A stretch of DNA of 64,000 nucleotides from an uncultured bacterium (GTDB lineage Bacteria > Chloroflexota > Dehalococcoidia > Lucifugimonadales > UBA3495), in contig CAXEOX010000001.1 of the NCBI GenBank assembly GCA_963997925.1, forward strand, positions 16,536 through 80,535. Reading direction: 5' to 3'. The notes beneath the pieces are model-generated. The model saw only the letters and a list, made by a program, of their open reading frames with translations, made no database searches and was not told the origin of the DNA. The position numbers and the translations under genes were made by a program. Below are positions 17,147 through 26,417 of this stretch, one piece after another; position 1 is the first letter of the stretch; each line of letters starts with the position of its first letter.

Positions 17147-18490
17147 GTGGCCTTACCGAAGATAGCGATAATCCCCACCGGCGGCACCATCCAGAACGGG
17201 CAACCCCTGGTCACATCCACCAAGGCAGGCGGCGCATTCAATCTGCTGAGACCCCAACGCCTTCATGAATCCGTGTCAGTGAAGATCTCCAAGGAGGACC
17301 TGGACGGCAATCCGCTGTCCACCGGCGCCAATGAAGATCCCTATTGGAGCGTCACCCTCGACCCATCCGACGGCCTCTACCTGCTGCCTCCCATGACGCC
17401 GGATAAATCCCCTCCCGAAGGATACGCAGCGGTCCACATGAACGCCCGCCGAATCATCGAGGAGATAGACCGGTTCGGCTTGGACACTGCCGGACGTAAC
17501 GGCTTATTAGCCAAGGCAGCCCAACTGGAGGTCAGGGAGATTATCGACCCTCACACGGGGCGGGAGCTGCGGGCTGGGGGACAGACGTTCAGCATGTTCG
17601 AGTTGGTCTTGATATCCAACGCCGTTAATGAAGCCCTGGCGGAAAGTGATACGACGGGATGCGTCATCACCCACGGTACCTTCACAGCCGAAGAAACAGC
17701 CTGCTTCCTGCACTACACCGTCAATAGCGACAAGCCAGTTGTGGTGGCCGCCTCCCAGCGCCGCCACAGCAGCATGGGCAACGACGGCGACTGGAACTTG
17801 GTCGACGCCGTCCGGGTGGCCACCCATCCCGATGCCAAAGGCCGGGGTGCCATGCTGGTGATGAACGAAGAGATTATGTCCTCCCGTGAAGTCACGAAAA
17901 CCAACCAACGGCCCGGCGGATTCGCCAGTTCGGGCGGCTCGGCGTCAGCCTTGGGGTCGGTAGAAAGCGACCAAGTAACCTTTTATTTCCGGCCGGAGCG
18001 CAAACATACCCTCTGGTCAGATGTGCGTGCCAATGGGCCTCTGCCTGAGGTGATGCCCAGAGTGGACATCGTTAAGACCTACGCCGGGGCCGACGAGGTG
18101 CCCATCGCCGCCTTGATCGACCGGGCACTGAAAGAACGATCGACGCCGGACGCGCCACATAAGCACGGCATCGTGGTGGAAGGGTTCGCCTACGATGGCA
18201 AGCCCCACCAATTCCAGATGCCCATCTTGCAGACAGCCATGTATCAACACGGTATCCCAGTGGCGGTGGCCAACCGTGGCGACCACGGCCGGGTGCCCAA
18301 GCTGGTGGATAACCCGTTCATCTCGTGCGACAACCTGATGGCGGTCAAGGCCAGGTTACTTTTGATTTTGGCCCTCGAGAAGCTGGGAACGCTAACCCCC
18401 TTCGCTAATGTCAACAACCCATCCAGCGAAGACCGAGTGCGGTTGGAGCAAGAATTGTCGCGATACCAGGAAATCTTCGATACCCACTAG
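17147..18490 (+). CDS. L-asparaginase/glutaminase-family protein with a large insertion and an altered catalytic dyad
   Basis: It has IIPTGGTIQ (nucleophile Thr block), VITHGTFTAEETACFL (canonical HGTDTMEETA), and GAMLVMNEEIMSSREVTKTN (Lys block). About 165 aa separate the first two blocks, against about 75 in E. coli AnsB. Confidence 0.65.
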   Translation: MALPKIAIIPTGGTIQNGQPLVTSTKAGGAFNLLRPQRLHESVSVKISKEDLDGNPLSTGANEDPYWSVTLDPSDGLYLLPPMTPDKSPPEGYAAVHMNARRIIEEIDRFGLDTAGRNGLLAKAAQLEVREIIDPHTGRELRAGGQTFSMFELVLISNAVNEALAESDTTGCVITHGTFTAEETACFLHYTVNSDKPVVVAASQRRHSSMGNDGDWNLVDAVRVATHPDAKGRGAMLVMNEEIMSSREVTKTNQRPGGFASSGGSASALGSVESDQVTFYFRPERKHTLWSDVRANGPLPEVMPRVDIVKTYAGADEVPIAALIDRALKERSTPDAPHKHGIVVEGFAYDGKPHQFQMPILQTAMYQHGIPVAVANRGDHGRVPKLVDNPFISCDNLMAVKARLLLILALEKLGTLTPFANVNNPSSEDRVRLEQELSRYQEIFDTH

Positions 18491-18511
18491 AGTCCCAGAG
18501 GAGGGCCAACA

Positions 18512-19801
18512 TTGACGTCGACTCCCAACGAACTCATCGTCATCAAGCCAGGCTGGCTCATTGATGGACAGGGTGGTCCGCCCATCCAAGGGCATGCCGT
18601 CACGATCCAGGGAGATCGCATAGCTTGGTGTGGTCCCGCCGAGCAAACCGACGATCCGTCCGGGCCGGTTCTCGGGCCGGATGGTTCGCCCAGCCCCCAG
18701 GTGTTAGACCTGCAAACCGCGACTCTTTTACCCGGACTGATCGACTGCCATACCCACACCAATATGCCCGGAGACGGACGCAGGGGTGAGGACGTAATCA
18801 GCGACTCCGACGATGTCCGGCTGTTGCGGTCCGCCAAAAACGTGGAACGGGCGTTGGTGTCGGGGGTGACCACCCTGTGCGACGCTGGGTCCTGGAACCG
18901 TACAGCCTTCTCCCTCAAGGAAGGTATCCGCCAAGGGCTGGTGGCCGGCCCCAGGGTCATGGTAGCAGGACAGCCGGTTACGGTGACCGGCGGACATCTT
19001 TGGTACATGGGCGGCGAGGCCGACGGACCGGAAGAGGTCCGGCAGCGGGTTCGAACGCTCATCAAAGAGGGAGCGGACTTCATAAAGGTGATAGCCTCCG
19101 GCGGCAGCACGGTCACCAGCGACCCCTACCGTCCTTCGCTGACCGTTGAAGAACTGAAGGTAGCCACATCGGAAGCACACGGACGGAACCGCCCTGTGTC
19201 TGCCCATTGCCGCTCCACTGTCGCCATCAACAATGCACTGGATGCTGGCGTTGACGTCATTTTCCATTGCGCCTTCTACGAGCCTGACCAGTCGTACCGG
19301 TACGATCAGGCCACCGCCGAGCGCTTGGCCGAAGGGACTACCTGGGTCAATCCCACCCTATACCTGGGAACTTTCCGGAGAACTCAGCTTCGCGCGAAAC
19401 GGGAACGGGGCGAACTGAATGGCGAAGAAGTGGTCATGCTGGAAAGGCTTGAAGGCAACGCACGTTACCGGGAAGACCAGTTCGGCCGGCTCGTCGAGAT
19501 GGGAGTGAAGTTCGTGGGGGGCTCGGACTGCGGTTGGGGCAGCTATCCCTTCGGTGACTTTCAGGGCGAATTATTAGCCCTAAATAACATGGGACTGTCC
19601 CCCATGCAGTCCATCTTGGCGGGAACCAGGGACGCTGCCACAGCGATGAGGGTTTCAGACAATACCGGGACCATCGAGACCGGAAAAGCAGCCGACCTGC
19701 TGCTGGTGGAAGGCAACCCGGTGGAAGAGATAGCCGCTCTACGCCGGGTGCTTGCCGTGTTCCATGAGGGAAGTTGGGCCGCTGGGTCTAAGCTGCCGTA
19801 A
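18512..19801 (+). CDS. Amidohydrolase family protein (imidazolonepropionase/prolidase-like)
   Basis: LLPGLIDCHTHTN, ...ADFIKVIASGG..., ...VSAHCRS... and ...GSDCGWG.... The start is TTG with the RBS AGGAGG 7 nt upstream. Confidence 0.8.
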   Translation: MTSTPNELIVIKPGWLIDGQGGPPIQGHAVTIQGDRIAWCGPAEQTDDPSGPVLGPDGSPSPQVLDLQTATLLPGLIDCHTHTNMPGDGRRGEDVISDSDDVRLLRSAKNVERALVSGVTTLCDAGSWNRTAFSLKEGIRQGLVAGPRVMVAGQPVTVTGGHLWYMGGEADGPEEVRQRVRTLIKEGADFIKVIASGGSTVTSDPYRPSLTVEELKVATSEAHGRNRPVSAHCRSTVAINNALDAGVDVIFHCAFYEPDQSYRYDQATAERLAEGTTWVNPTLYLGTFRRTQLRAKRERGELNGEEVVMLERLEGNARYREDQFGRLVEMGVKFVGGSDCGWGSYPFGDFQGELLALNNMGLSPMQSILAGTRDAATAMRVSDNTGTIETGKAADLLLVEGNPVEEIAALRRVLAVFHEGSWAAGSKLP

Positions 19802-19823
19802 GCCGCATCCCCCTCTGACGACA

Positions 19824-19854
19824 GTAGGGGCAGGTTCTTCAAACCTGCCCCTAC
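19824..19854. terminator. GTAGGGGCAGGT hairpin (REP-like family 1) acting as a likely terminator between convergent genes
   Basis: GTAGGGGCAGGT-TCTTCAA-ACCTGCCCCTAC has a 12-bp perfect stem and is followed by ATTTT on the + strand. Copies lie at 34799-34827 and 43142-43170. Confidence 0.5.
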
Positions 19855-19925
19855 ATTTTGCTCAGGATGATTGCCACTCAGATTCCATGCGTCTTCGGGG
19901 CCTTCCCGAAAACGCAACCGGCATC

Positions 19926-22196
19926 TTACTGGTGGAACAGGTTCAGCGCCGAGCCCAACCGGAACCACTCGATCTGGGGTTCGCCCAGGGTATGGTTCAG
20001 GCTCAACGTTTCGCTGGTCCCGTCGGAGTGGCTGACGGTGCAAGGGACGGGCTTGCCGGGTGCCAGTTCAGTCAAACCGGTCAGGCTGATACGATCGTCC
20101 TCGCGAATCTTGTCGTAGTCGGCGGAGTCGCTGAACGTCAGAGCCAGCAAGCCCTGTTTCTTCAGATTTGTCTCGTGGATGCGAGCGAAGCTGCGGGCTA
20201 TGACCGCGCCACCACCCAGCAATTTCGGCGATAGAGCGGCGTGTTCCCGGCTGCTACCCTCACCGTAGTTGGAGTCACCAACCACCACCCACTTCAACCC
20301 TTCGGCCTGGTAGTGCCGGGCGATGTGGGAGACGGCTACACCGGTCTCGCCGGATAAGACGTCCAGCCCCTTGCCGGCCTCGCCGTTGTAGGCGTTGATG
20401 CCGCCCATCAAGAAGTTCTCGCTGAACTTGGTGAGGTGTCCCCGGAGGCTCAGCCAAGGACCGGCGGGGGAGATGTGGTCCGTGGTGCACTTCCCTTGAA
20501 CTTTCATGACGACGGGCGCGTCCACGATGTCCTTCTGGTCCCATGCAGGCCAGGGGTTGATTAACTCGATCCTCGGGCTGTTGGGGTCGACCACCACTTC
20601 CACGCTGCTCCCGTCTTCCGGAGGCGCGATATAGGAAGAGTTACCGGGATCGAAATCCTCTTCCGGAACATCGGGAGCTTGCTTCGGCGGCTCCAGCATA
20701 ACCGCGTTCCCTTGGGCGTCGGTCAGCGTGTCCGTCATGGGATTGAAGGACAGCCTTCCGGCCAGAGCCAGGGCCACAGTCATTTCCGGGCTGGCGATGA
20801 AGTTCATCGTTTGGGGCCGGGCGTCGTTACGAGCGGGGAAGTTGCGGTTGTAGGACGTAACAATAGTATTGGCGTCTTCATTTTCCCGAGCCCGCCGCCA
20901 CTGTCCGATGCAGGGACCGCAAGCGTTGGCCAGGACCGTTGCACCGATAGACCGTAGGGACTCCAACTGGCCGTCCCGCTCGATGGTTGCCCGCACCTGT
21001 TCGGAACCCGGCGTCACCATCAATTGGGTCGCTATTTCGATGCCAAAAGCTTTGGCTTGCTCCGCCACGTCAGCCGAGCGACTCATGTCTTCGTAGGAGG
21101 AGTTGGTGCAGCTTCCGATCAGCGCAGTAGAAATCTCGTCGATAAACCCATTGGCCGGGTCTTTGACTTGGGCGGCCAATTCAGAGATCGGGCGGGCCCG
21201 GTCCGGAGAGTGTGGGCCCACCAGGTGGGGCTCCAGCTTGCTCAAGTCAATCTCCACGACGCGGTCAAAGTGGGCCTCCGGATTGTCCAGCACTTCCTGG
21301 TCCGCCCGGAACATCTCACGGTTCTGATCGGCCAGGTCCGCCAGTTCGGCACGGTGGGTGGACCGGAGATACCGGGCCATCGACTCATCGTAAGGGAAAA
21401 CCGATGTCGTCGCTCCCAACTCCGCGCCCATGTTTGTGATGGTCGCTTTGCCGGTACAGCTTATCGTCTCTGTTCCCGGCCCGAAGTACTCGATGATCGC
21501 GTTGGTGGCTCCGGAGACGGTTAGTTCACCTGCTAGATAGAGAATGATGTCTTTGGGGGCGGTCCATCCATTCAGTCTGCCTGTCAGCTTGACGCCGATG
21601 CGGCTAGGATAAAGGACTTCCCAGGGGAGCCCGGCCATAACTTCCACCGCATCGGCCCCGCCCACACCCACCGAGCAAGCGCCAAGGCCGCCGGCGTTGG
21701 GTGTATGGGAATCGGTGCCGATAATCATCGCTCCGGGGAAAGCGTACTGCTCCAGGTTTACTTGGTGCAGGATACCCGCGCCGGGACCCCAGAAGCCCAC
21801 GCCGAATTTGGCGGCGGCGGAGCGCAGAAAATCGTAAACCTCACCGTTTTCCGACACGGACTCGTTCAAGTCGGAAGATGCTCCAACCCGAGCTTGAATC
21901 AGGTGGTCGCAGTGAACACTGGTTGGGACTGCGGTGCTGGCCCGGCGGGTCTGCATGAACACCAGCATGGCAGTCTGGCCCAAAACGTCTTGTAGAATCA
22001 CTCGGTCTGGGCGAGCCAGCAGGTAGCTCTTGCCAGCCTCCAACTCCTGGTTTTCCGGATCGTCCAGGTGGGAAAGGACCAGCTTGTCCGCCAACCCCAG
22101 GGGCCTACCCAGTCTCGGGCGAACAATCTCCAAGTTATTGCGCATGATTGTGTATGCGTTAGCTACAAATTCAGGTGTTGAATCAATTACCGGCAT
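19926..22196 (-). CDS. Aconitate hydratase (about 755-aa mitochondrial-type aconitase)
   Basis: LARPDRVILQDVLGQTAMLVF, GTDSHTPNAGGLG, the Fe-S ligand blocks ...IGSCTNSSYEDM... and ...ANACGPCIGQW..., and the swivel domain ...VVGDSNYGEGSSREHAA.... Confidence 0.9.
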   Translation of the reverse strand: MPVIDSTPEFVANAYTIMRNNLEIVRPRLGRPLGLADKLVLSHLDDPENQELEAGKSYLLARPDRVILQDVLGQTAMLVFMQTRRASTAVPTSVHCDHLIQARVGASSDLNESVSENGEVYDFLRSAAAKFGVGFWGPGAGILHQVNLEQYAFPGAMIIGTDSHTPNAGGLGACSVGVGGADAVEVMAGLPWEVLYPSRIGVKLTGRLNGWTAPKDIILYLAGELTVSGATNAIIEYFGPGTETISCTGKATITNMGAELGATTSVFPYDESMARYLRSTHRAELADLADQNREMFRADQEVLDNPEAHFDRVVEIDLSKLEPHLVGPHSPDRARPISELAAQVKDPANGFIDEISTALIGSCTNSSYEDMSRSADVAEQAKAFGIEIATQLMVTPGSEQVRATIERDGQLESLRSIGATVLANACGPCIGQWRRARENEDANTIVTSYNRNFPARNDARPQTMNFIASPEMTVALALAGRLSFNPMTDTLTDAQGNAVMLEPPKQAPDVPEEDFDPGNSSYIAPPEDGSSVEVVVDPNSPRIELINPWPAWDQKDIVDAPVVMKVQGKCTTDHISPAGPWLSLRGHLTKFSENFLMGGINAYNGEAGKGLDVLSGETGVAVSHIARHYQAEGLKWVVVGDSNYGEGSSREHAALSPKLLGGGAVIARSFARIHETNLKKQGLLALTFSDSADYDKIREDDRISLTGLTELAPGKPVPCTVSHSDGTSETLSLNHTLGEPQIEWFRLGSALNLFHQ

Positions 22197-22561
22197 TGCA
22201 GATCTCCCGTTTCAAGTGGATTGCATTTAGGCGGATTGAGCCCCAATAAACTGCTCAACAAGGACATCGGCGAGTGTATCAGCACCTCGCCACGGCGTCA
22301 AACTAACCGCCTCTTGGAGACGTAAAAGCCCACCTTATGATAGAGGTAATTTTCCCGGCATCGCACCTTGAGCTTTAACCAAGAGGAGGACCCACGATTT
22401 CCTGGTTGTATTTCTCGGAGACGGCCTTGAGCCTTTCAACGTAAGAACCCGCTGCGCCCTTCTTGATATGGATGGCGCGTTACGCGGTTACAAGCCGATC
22501 GATCGGTTCCGTGTCATGCGGGGATAATTACCTTGCGTAAGGGGAAGTGGGAAGATGGGTA

Positions 22562-23050
22562 TTATCCAAGAAATAATGTATAAGTCCCACGGCCAGCCTG
22601 GGTGATGGTCTGGGGAAACAAAACCCGATGGTCGGCTGACAGCGCCTGCTTGGCGACTTCCACGTTGATGGCCCCGATCTGCTCTATGGCCAGTATCTCT
22701 TCCAAGGTGAAGAATTCGGCCCTATCTACTTCTGTCATGTCTGGTTTAGGCTCGCCGCTTAGACCGTTGAGCAACATCACCACGTAGATGCTGTTGCCAC
22801 CGTCTTCGTCGTAGCGGTTCCTGATACCCAGCACGCCTTGAACCTCAGCCGTGACCCCGGCCTCCTCCTCCACTTCACGCACCACTGCCTTCTCGATGGT
22901 TTCGTCCTGCTCGACGAACCCACCGGGTACCTGCCAGTTACCATGGCCTCGGCGTGACAAGCGGCGCACTAAAAGCAGGCGCCCGTCTCGCACCACGGCT
23001 CCGCCTACGCCGACGTTATATCCGGTGTTGTATCTTTCCGGTGGAGGCAT
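22562..23050 (-). CDS. NUDIX hydrolase
   Basis: The Nudix box is GGFVEQDETIEKAVVREVEEEAGV (GX5EX7REUXEEXGU). Confidence 0.85.
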   Translation of the reverse strand: MPPPERYNTGYNVGVGGAVVRDGRLLLVRRLSRRGHGNWQVPGGFVEQDETIEKAVVREVEEEAGVTAEVQGVLGIRNRYDEDGGNSIYVVMLLNGLSGEPKPDMTEVDRAEFFTLEEILAIEQIGAINVEVAKQALSADHRVLFPQTITQAGRGTYTLFLG

Positions 23051-23232
23051 ACGTTATCCACGCTCCCTTGAGGGTTTCTTTGGGAAGACATGCTACCAGA
23101 AATCAGGCGTGAAGGCGGCATGACTATGCGGTAGCCCCGGCTAGAGATATAATCATGGCTGTTTGCTGGCCGACAGCGAACTTCCGATTCTTTCCCTTAG
23201 TAACGAAATGCGTTCCCGGAGAGGTGACTGAA

Positions 23233-23748
23233 ATGACTCAACAATCGGCTGAGCTTAGCCCACAAACGGTATTGGATGAACTGAAGAAGAACGGCGTTAC
23301 CCACGTCGTCTGGCTACCCGACAGCGAGACCAACTGGCTGTATCTGCTGATGCAGGCAGAACCGACCATCGACCTCATCACCGTTAGCCGGGAAGGTCAG
23401 GCATTTTCCACCGCTGCGGGCCTGGCGGTGGGCGGGGCAAAACCCGTGATTCTGATTCAGAACACCGGGCTACAGGAGTCGGGCGACTCGATGCGCGGTT
23501 GGACCATGGGCATGCACATACCGGTGGTCTTGATGGTCGGGTATCGGGGCTACACCCGCCACGGCGACAACTCCGACACCGCCGCCACCTACACCGAGCC
23601 CTTCTTGAACGCCTACAACATCAAGTACTACCTGATCGAGAACAATGACGATGCCGGCCGGATCACCCGCGCCTTTGAGGAAGCCGACAAAGCCCAAGGC
23701 CCCGTGGCGGTCTTAGTAGGCGACGAGTTCCACGGATTCAATCGCTAA
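23233..23748 (+). CDS. TPP-dependent 2-oxoacid (sulfopyruvate/phosphonopyruvate-type) decarboxylase, alpha subunit (ComD-like)
   Basis: This 171-aa protein matches a TPP-enzyme N-terminal (pyrimidine-binding) domain only: VTHVVWLPDSETNWLY...VSREGQAFSTAAGLAVGGAKPVILIQNTG. The RBS GGAGAGG precedes the ATG at 23233. Confidence 0.65.
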   Translation: MTQQSAELSPQTVLDELKKNGVTHVVWLPDSETNWLYLLMQAEPTIDLITVSREGQAFSTAAGLAVGGAKPVILIQNTGLQESGDSMRGWTMGMHIPVVLMVGYRGYTRHGDNSDTAATYTEPFLNAYNIKYYLIENNDDAGRITRAFEEADKAQGPVAVLVGDEFHGFNR

Positions 23749-23806
23749 TAGCACCCCGGAATATCGGGCTTCCCGGCCATTAACGTGAAATATTAGGAGA
23801 CACTAG

Positions 23807-24394
23807 ATGATTCATACAGAAGAAATGTTCAAGGTCTTTGCCCAGTACCGGGGCAACGCGATAGTCATCCCGGGCCGCGGTGGACGCCACTGGCACACAA
23901 TCACCGATCAGCCGTCACGGGACGTGCCTCTCGGCGACCCGGCCATGGGCGGCCACGGCTCCTTCGGATTGGGATTCGCTCTCGCCCGCCCCAACGAAAA
24001 GGTGATTCTCTTCGACTCGGAGGGAGACATCTTGATGAACATGGGTGCGTTGCCCACCATCGCCGAGAAGGCCCCGCCGAATTTCTACCACTTCATGCTT
24101 GACAACGAGGTCTATGCGACGACCGGCGGCCAACCGGTGCCCAACGCCAAGAACATCGCCTACGACGTGATAGCCAAGGGTTCCGGCTATCCCTCTACCT
24201 TCTCCTTCGACAACCTGGAAGACTTCACCAACAACATCGAAGCGATCCTGAACGCCCCCGGCCCGGTGTTCGTGGCCCTGAAAGTCCACCCGGAAGTGGA
24301 GAACGTCCCCATCGGCCAGAGAATCCGCTGGAACCCGCGCACCCGTGACAAGGTTATCGAAGACTTGCAGGCAGCGATCGGACCGCGAAAGTAA
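23807..24394 (+). CDS. TPP-dependent decarboxylase, beta subunit (ComE-like, diphosphate-binding)
   Basis: This 195-aa protein carries the TPP/Mg motif DSEGDILMNMGALPTIAEKAPPNFYHFMLDNEVYATTGGQ (GD..N.....DN). Confidence 0.65.
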   Translation: MIHTEEMFKVFAQYRGNAIVIPGRGGRHWHTITDQPSRDVPLGDPAMGGHGSFGLGFALARPNEKVILFDSEGDILMNMGALPTIAEKAPPNFYHFMLDNEVYATTGGQPVPNAKNIAYDVIAKGSGYPSTFSFDNLEDFTNNIEAILNAPGPVFVALKVHPEVENVPIGQRIRWNPRTRDKVIEDLQAAIGPRK

Positions 24395-24404
24395 GGAGCA
24401 ACGA

Positions 24405-25031
24405 ATGACCGAGAGCATCGACCTGTTCGAGGCCATCGATACACAGCGGGGCATACGCCGATTCAAGCCCGACCCGGTCCCCGACGAACTCATCACCCGC
24501 CTGGTGCAGGCCGCTATCAAAGCGCCATCAGGCGGGGTTAGGCAAGGTTGGAGCTTCATCGTTATTCGGGACCAGGACACCAAGGACAGGATCGGAGAGC
24601 TTTACCGAACCGGGGATAGATTCTCGATCACTCCCGAATTGACCGGTCAGGTGCGGCGCGTCTACGGCGCCGCCCAATATCTGGAAGATCACATGGAGGA
24701 CGTGCCTGCCTTCATACTGGCCTGCATCCAGGCCAACCCTGACGGCTCCTATTCGGCTGCATCCATATTCCCTGCCGTCCAGAACATCCTACTGGCGGCG
24801 CGGGGGCTTGGGCTGGGGTGTTGTTTGACTACCCGGCAGACAAGGTTCGAGAAAGATATCAAAGAACTGCTCAACATCCCCGACGACGTCGCCACGGCGG
24901 CCCTGTTACCGCTAGGGTTTCCCGCCGAGGGCGTAGGATACGGTCCCACCAGGCGCAGAGCGCTGGAAGAAGTAGCATTTGACGGCTTGTGGGGAAACGG
25001 TTGGCAGCTTCCCGAATCCAGCCAATCATAA
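24405..25031 (+). CDS. Nitroreductase family protein
   Basis: DLFEAIDTQRGIRRFKPDPVPDELI...AIKAPSGGVRQGWSF is the classic nitroreductase N-terminus. The RBS AAGGAG lies 10 nt after the previous stop. Confidence 0.8.
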   Translation: MTESIDLFEAIDTQRGIRRFKPDPVPDELITRLVQAAIKAPSGGVRQGWSFIVIRDQDTKDRIGELYRTGDRFSITPELTGQVRRVYGAAQYLEDHMEDVPAFILACIQANPDGSYSAASIFPAVQNILLAARGLGLGCCLTTRQTRFEKDIKELLNIPDDVATAALLPLGFPAEGVGYGPTRRRALEEVAFDGLWGNGWQLPESSQS

Positions 25032-25084
25032 GTGACCAAATTCGGACGTTTCAATCACCCGGCTAATAGGTAAGGAGATCTGAA

Positions 25085-26170
25085 ATGCCCCATCAGGTCA
25101 ACGGAATAGTCGCTACTGCCAAAGGCGCCGAGGTATCGTTACAGAGCATCCTGGTTCCCGATCCAGGCCCCGGCGAGGCTTTGATTCGGGTTAAAGCCTG
25201 CGGCGTCTGCCACACCGACCTGCACTACCGGGAAGGCGCGATCAACGACGAGTTTCCCTTCCTACTGGGACATGAAGCTTCTGGCACGGTGGAGAGCGTA
25301 GGAGATGGCGTGAACAACGTCGCTCCGGGAGACTTCGTCATAATCGCCTGGCGATCTCCCTGCGGCACCTGCCGCTCCTGCCAGCGCGGGCGGCCCTGGT
25401 ACTGCTTCTCCAGCCGCAACGCCCAGCAGCCCATGACTCTGGCCGACGGTACTCCCCTGTCGCCCGCCTTGGGTATCGGCGCTTTCGCCGAGTTGACCCT
25501 GGTGGACGCCGGACAAGCCGTAAAGATTAACCCCGACGCCAGTCCCCAAGCCGCCGGCCTGGTGGGCTGCGGCATCATGGCCGGTCTGGGAGCCGCCATC
25601 AACACCGGCGGCGTGTCCCGGGGCGATTCTGTTGCCGTCTTTGGATGCGGGGGTGTTGGCGACGCCGCCATCGCCGGAGCGAAACTGGCCGGGGCCCACA
25701 CCATCATCGGCGTGGACATCGACGATCGTAAGCTGGAGTGGGCCAAAGAATTCGGCGCCACCCACACGGTCAACGCTTCTCAGACCGACCCCGTCGAAGC
25801 CATAAGGGCGCTAACCGGGGGCAACGGCGCTAACATCACCATCGAGGCTGTCGGCAGCCCAAGAACCTACGAGCAAGCCTTCTACGCCCGCGACCACGCC
25901 GGAACGTTGGTTCAGGTGGGCGTTCCCAGCCCTGACATGAAGATAGAACTGCCCCTGATAGAGTTGTTCGGACGGGGCGGGTCCCTCAAGTCTTCTTGGT
26001 ACGGCGACTGTCTACCCAGCCGCGACTTCCCCATGTACATAGACCTGTACCTGCAAGGCCGCCTGGATCTGGACAGATTCGTATCGGAAACCATCCCTCT
26101 AGACGGCGTTGAAGACGCCTTCCACAAGATGGAGCGGGGAGAAGTGCTGCGGTCGGTGGTGGTTTTTTAG
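25085..26170 (+). CDS. Zn-dependent alcohol dehydrogenase, class III / S-(hydroxymethyl)thiol (formaldehyde) dehydrogenase-like
   Basis: It has [35 protein letters not shown], the structural-Zn Cys cluster [11 protein letters not shown], and the NAD fold [10 protein letters not shown]. Confidence 0.85.
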   Translation: MPHQVNGIVATAKGAEVSLQSILVPDPGPGEALIRVKACGVCHTDLHYREGAINDEFPFLLGHEASGTVESVGDGVNNVAPGDFVIIAWRSPCGTCRSCQRGRPWYCFSSRNAQQPMTLADGTPLSPALGIGAFAELTLVDAGQAVKINPDASPQAAGLVGCGIMAGLGAAINTGGVSRGDSVAVFGCGGVGDAAIAGAKLAGAHTIIGVDIDDRKLEWAKEFGATHTVNASQTDPVEAIRALTGGNGANITIEAVGSPRTYEQAFYARDHAGTLVQVGVPSPDMKIELPLIELFGRGGSLKSSWYGDCLPSRDFPMYIDLYLQGRLDLDRFVSETIPLDGVEDAFHKMERGEVLRSVVVF

Positions 26171-26417
26171 CCGTCCATTTTCCTTTTCCAAGACGCCCAT
26201 CGGTTTGGTACACAGTAATATCGCTGGACCATTATTCACGTTTGCCTGGGGCATATTCATATAACCCCCCCAAACCTCCCCTCCCCGGCATACGTACCCC
26301 ACAACCAGTGACCAATGGTCCCTTTTGTTCGGGCCGTACTACCCTTCCTAGCCATGGAGGGTAGTCTTAACCTCACCGTAGGGAACGACCTACTCTACGT
26401 TCCCTGGGAGGCAAGCG

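Noticed and set aside
18488-18514. The asparaginase-like gene and the following amidohydrolase gene are in the same frame, separated by TAG plus 21 nt, so I considered stop-codon read-through or a fusion.
   Set aside because: The spacer carries a good RBS (AGGAGG) 7 nt before the TTG start, and each protein is a complete domain. This is ordinary operon spacing.
22197-22561. The 365-nt spacer upstream of aconitase contains a minus-strand stretch translating to ..RAIHIKKGAAGSYVERLKAVSEKYNQEIVGPPLG* (about 22385-22480), which might be a small gene or a gene remnant.
   Set aside because: There is no start codon (a TAA lies immediately upstream in frame). It is only about 33 codons long, and I cannot assign it to any family. 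The evidence is insufficient to call.
26171-26417. Two 7-bp hairpins lie in the USP leader (CTACCCT..AGGGTAG near 26339-26364 and GGGAACG..CGTTCCC near 26382-26407), so I considered a possible riboswitch or leader RNA.
   Set aside because: They match no riboswitch consensus that I know, and the short stems could arise by chance in GC-rich DNA. I am noting them only.
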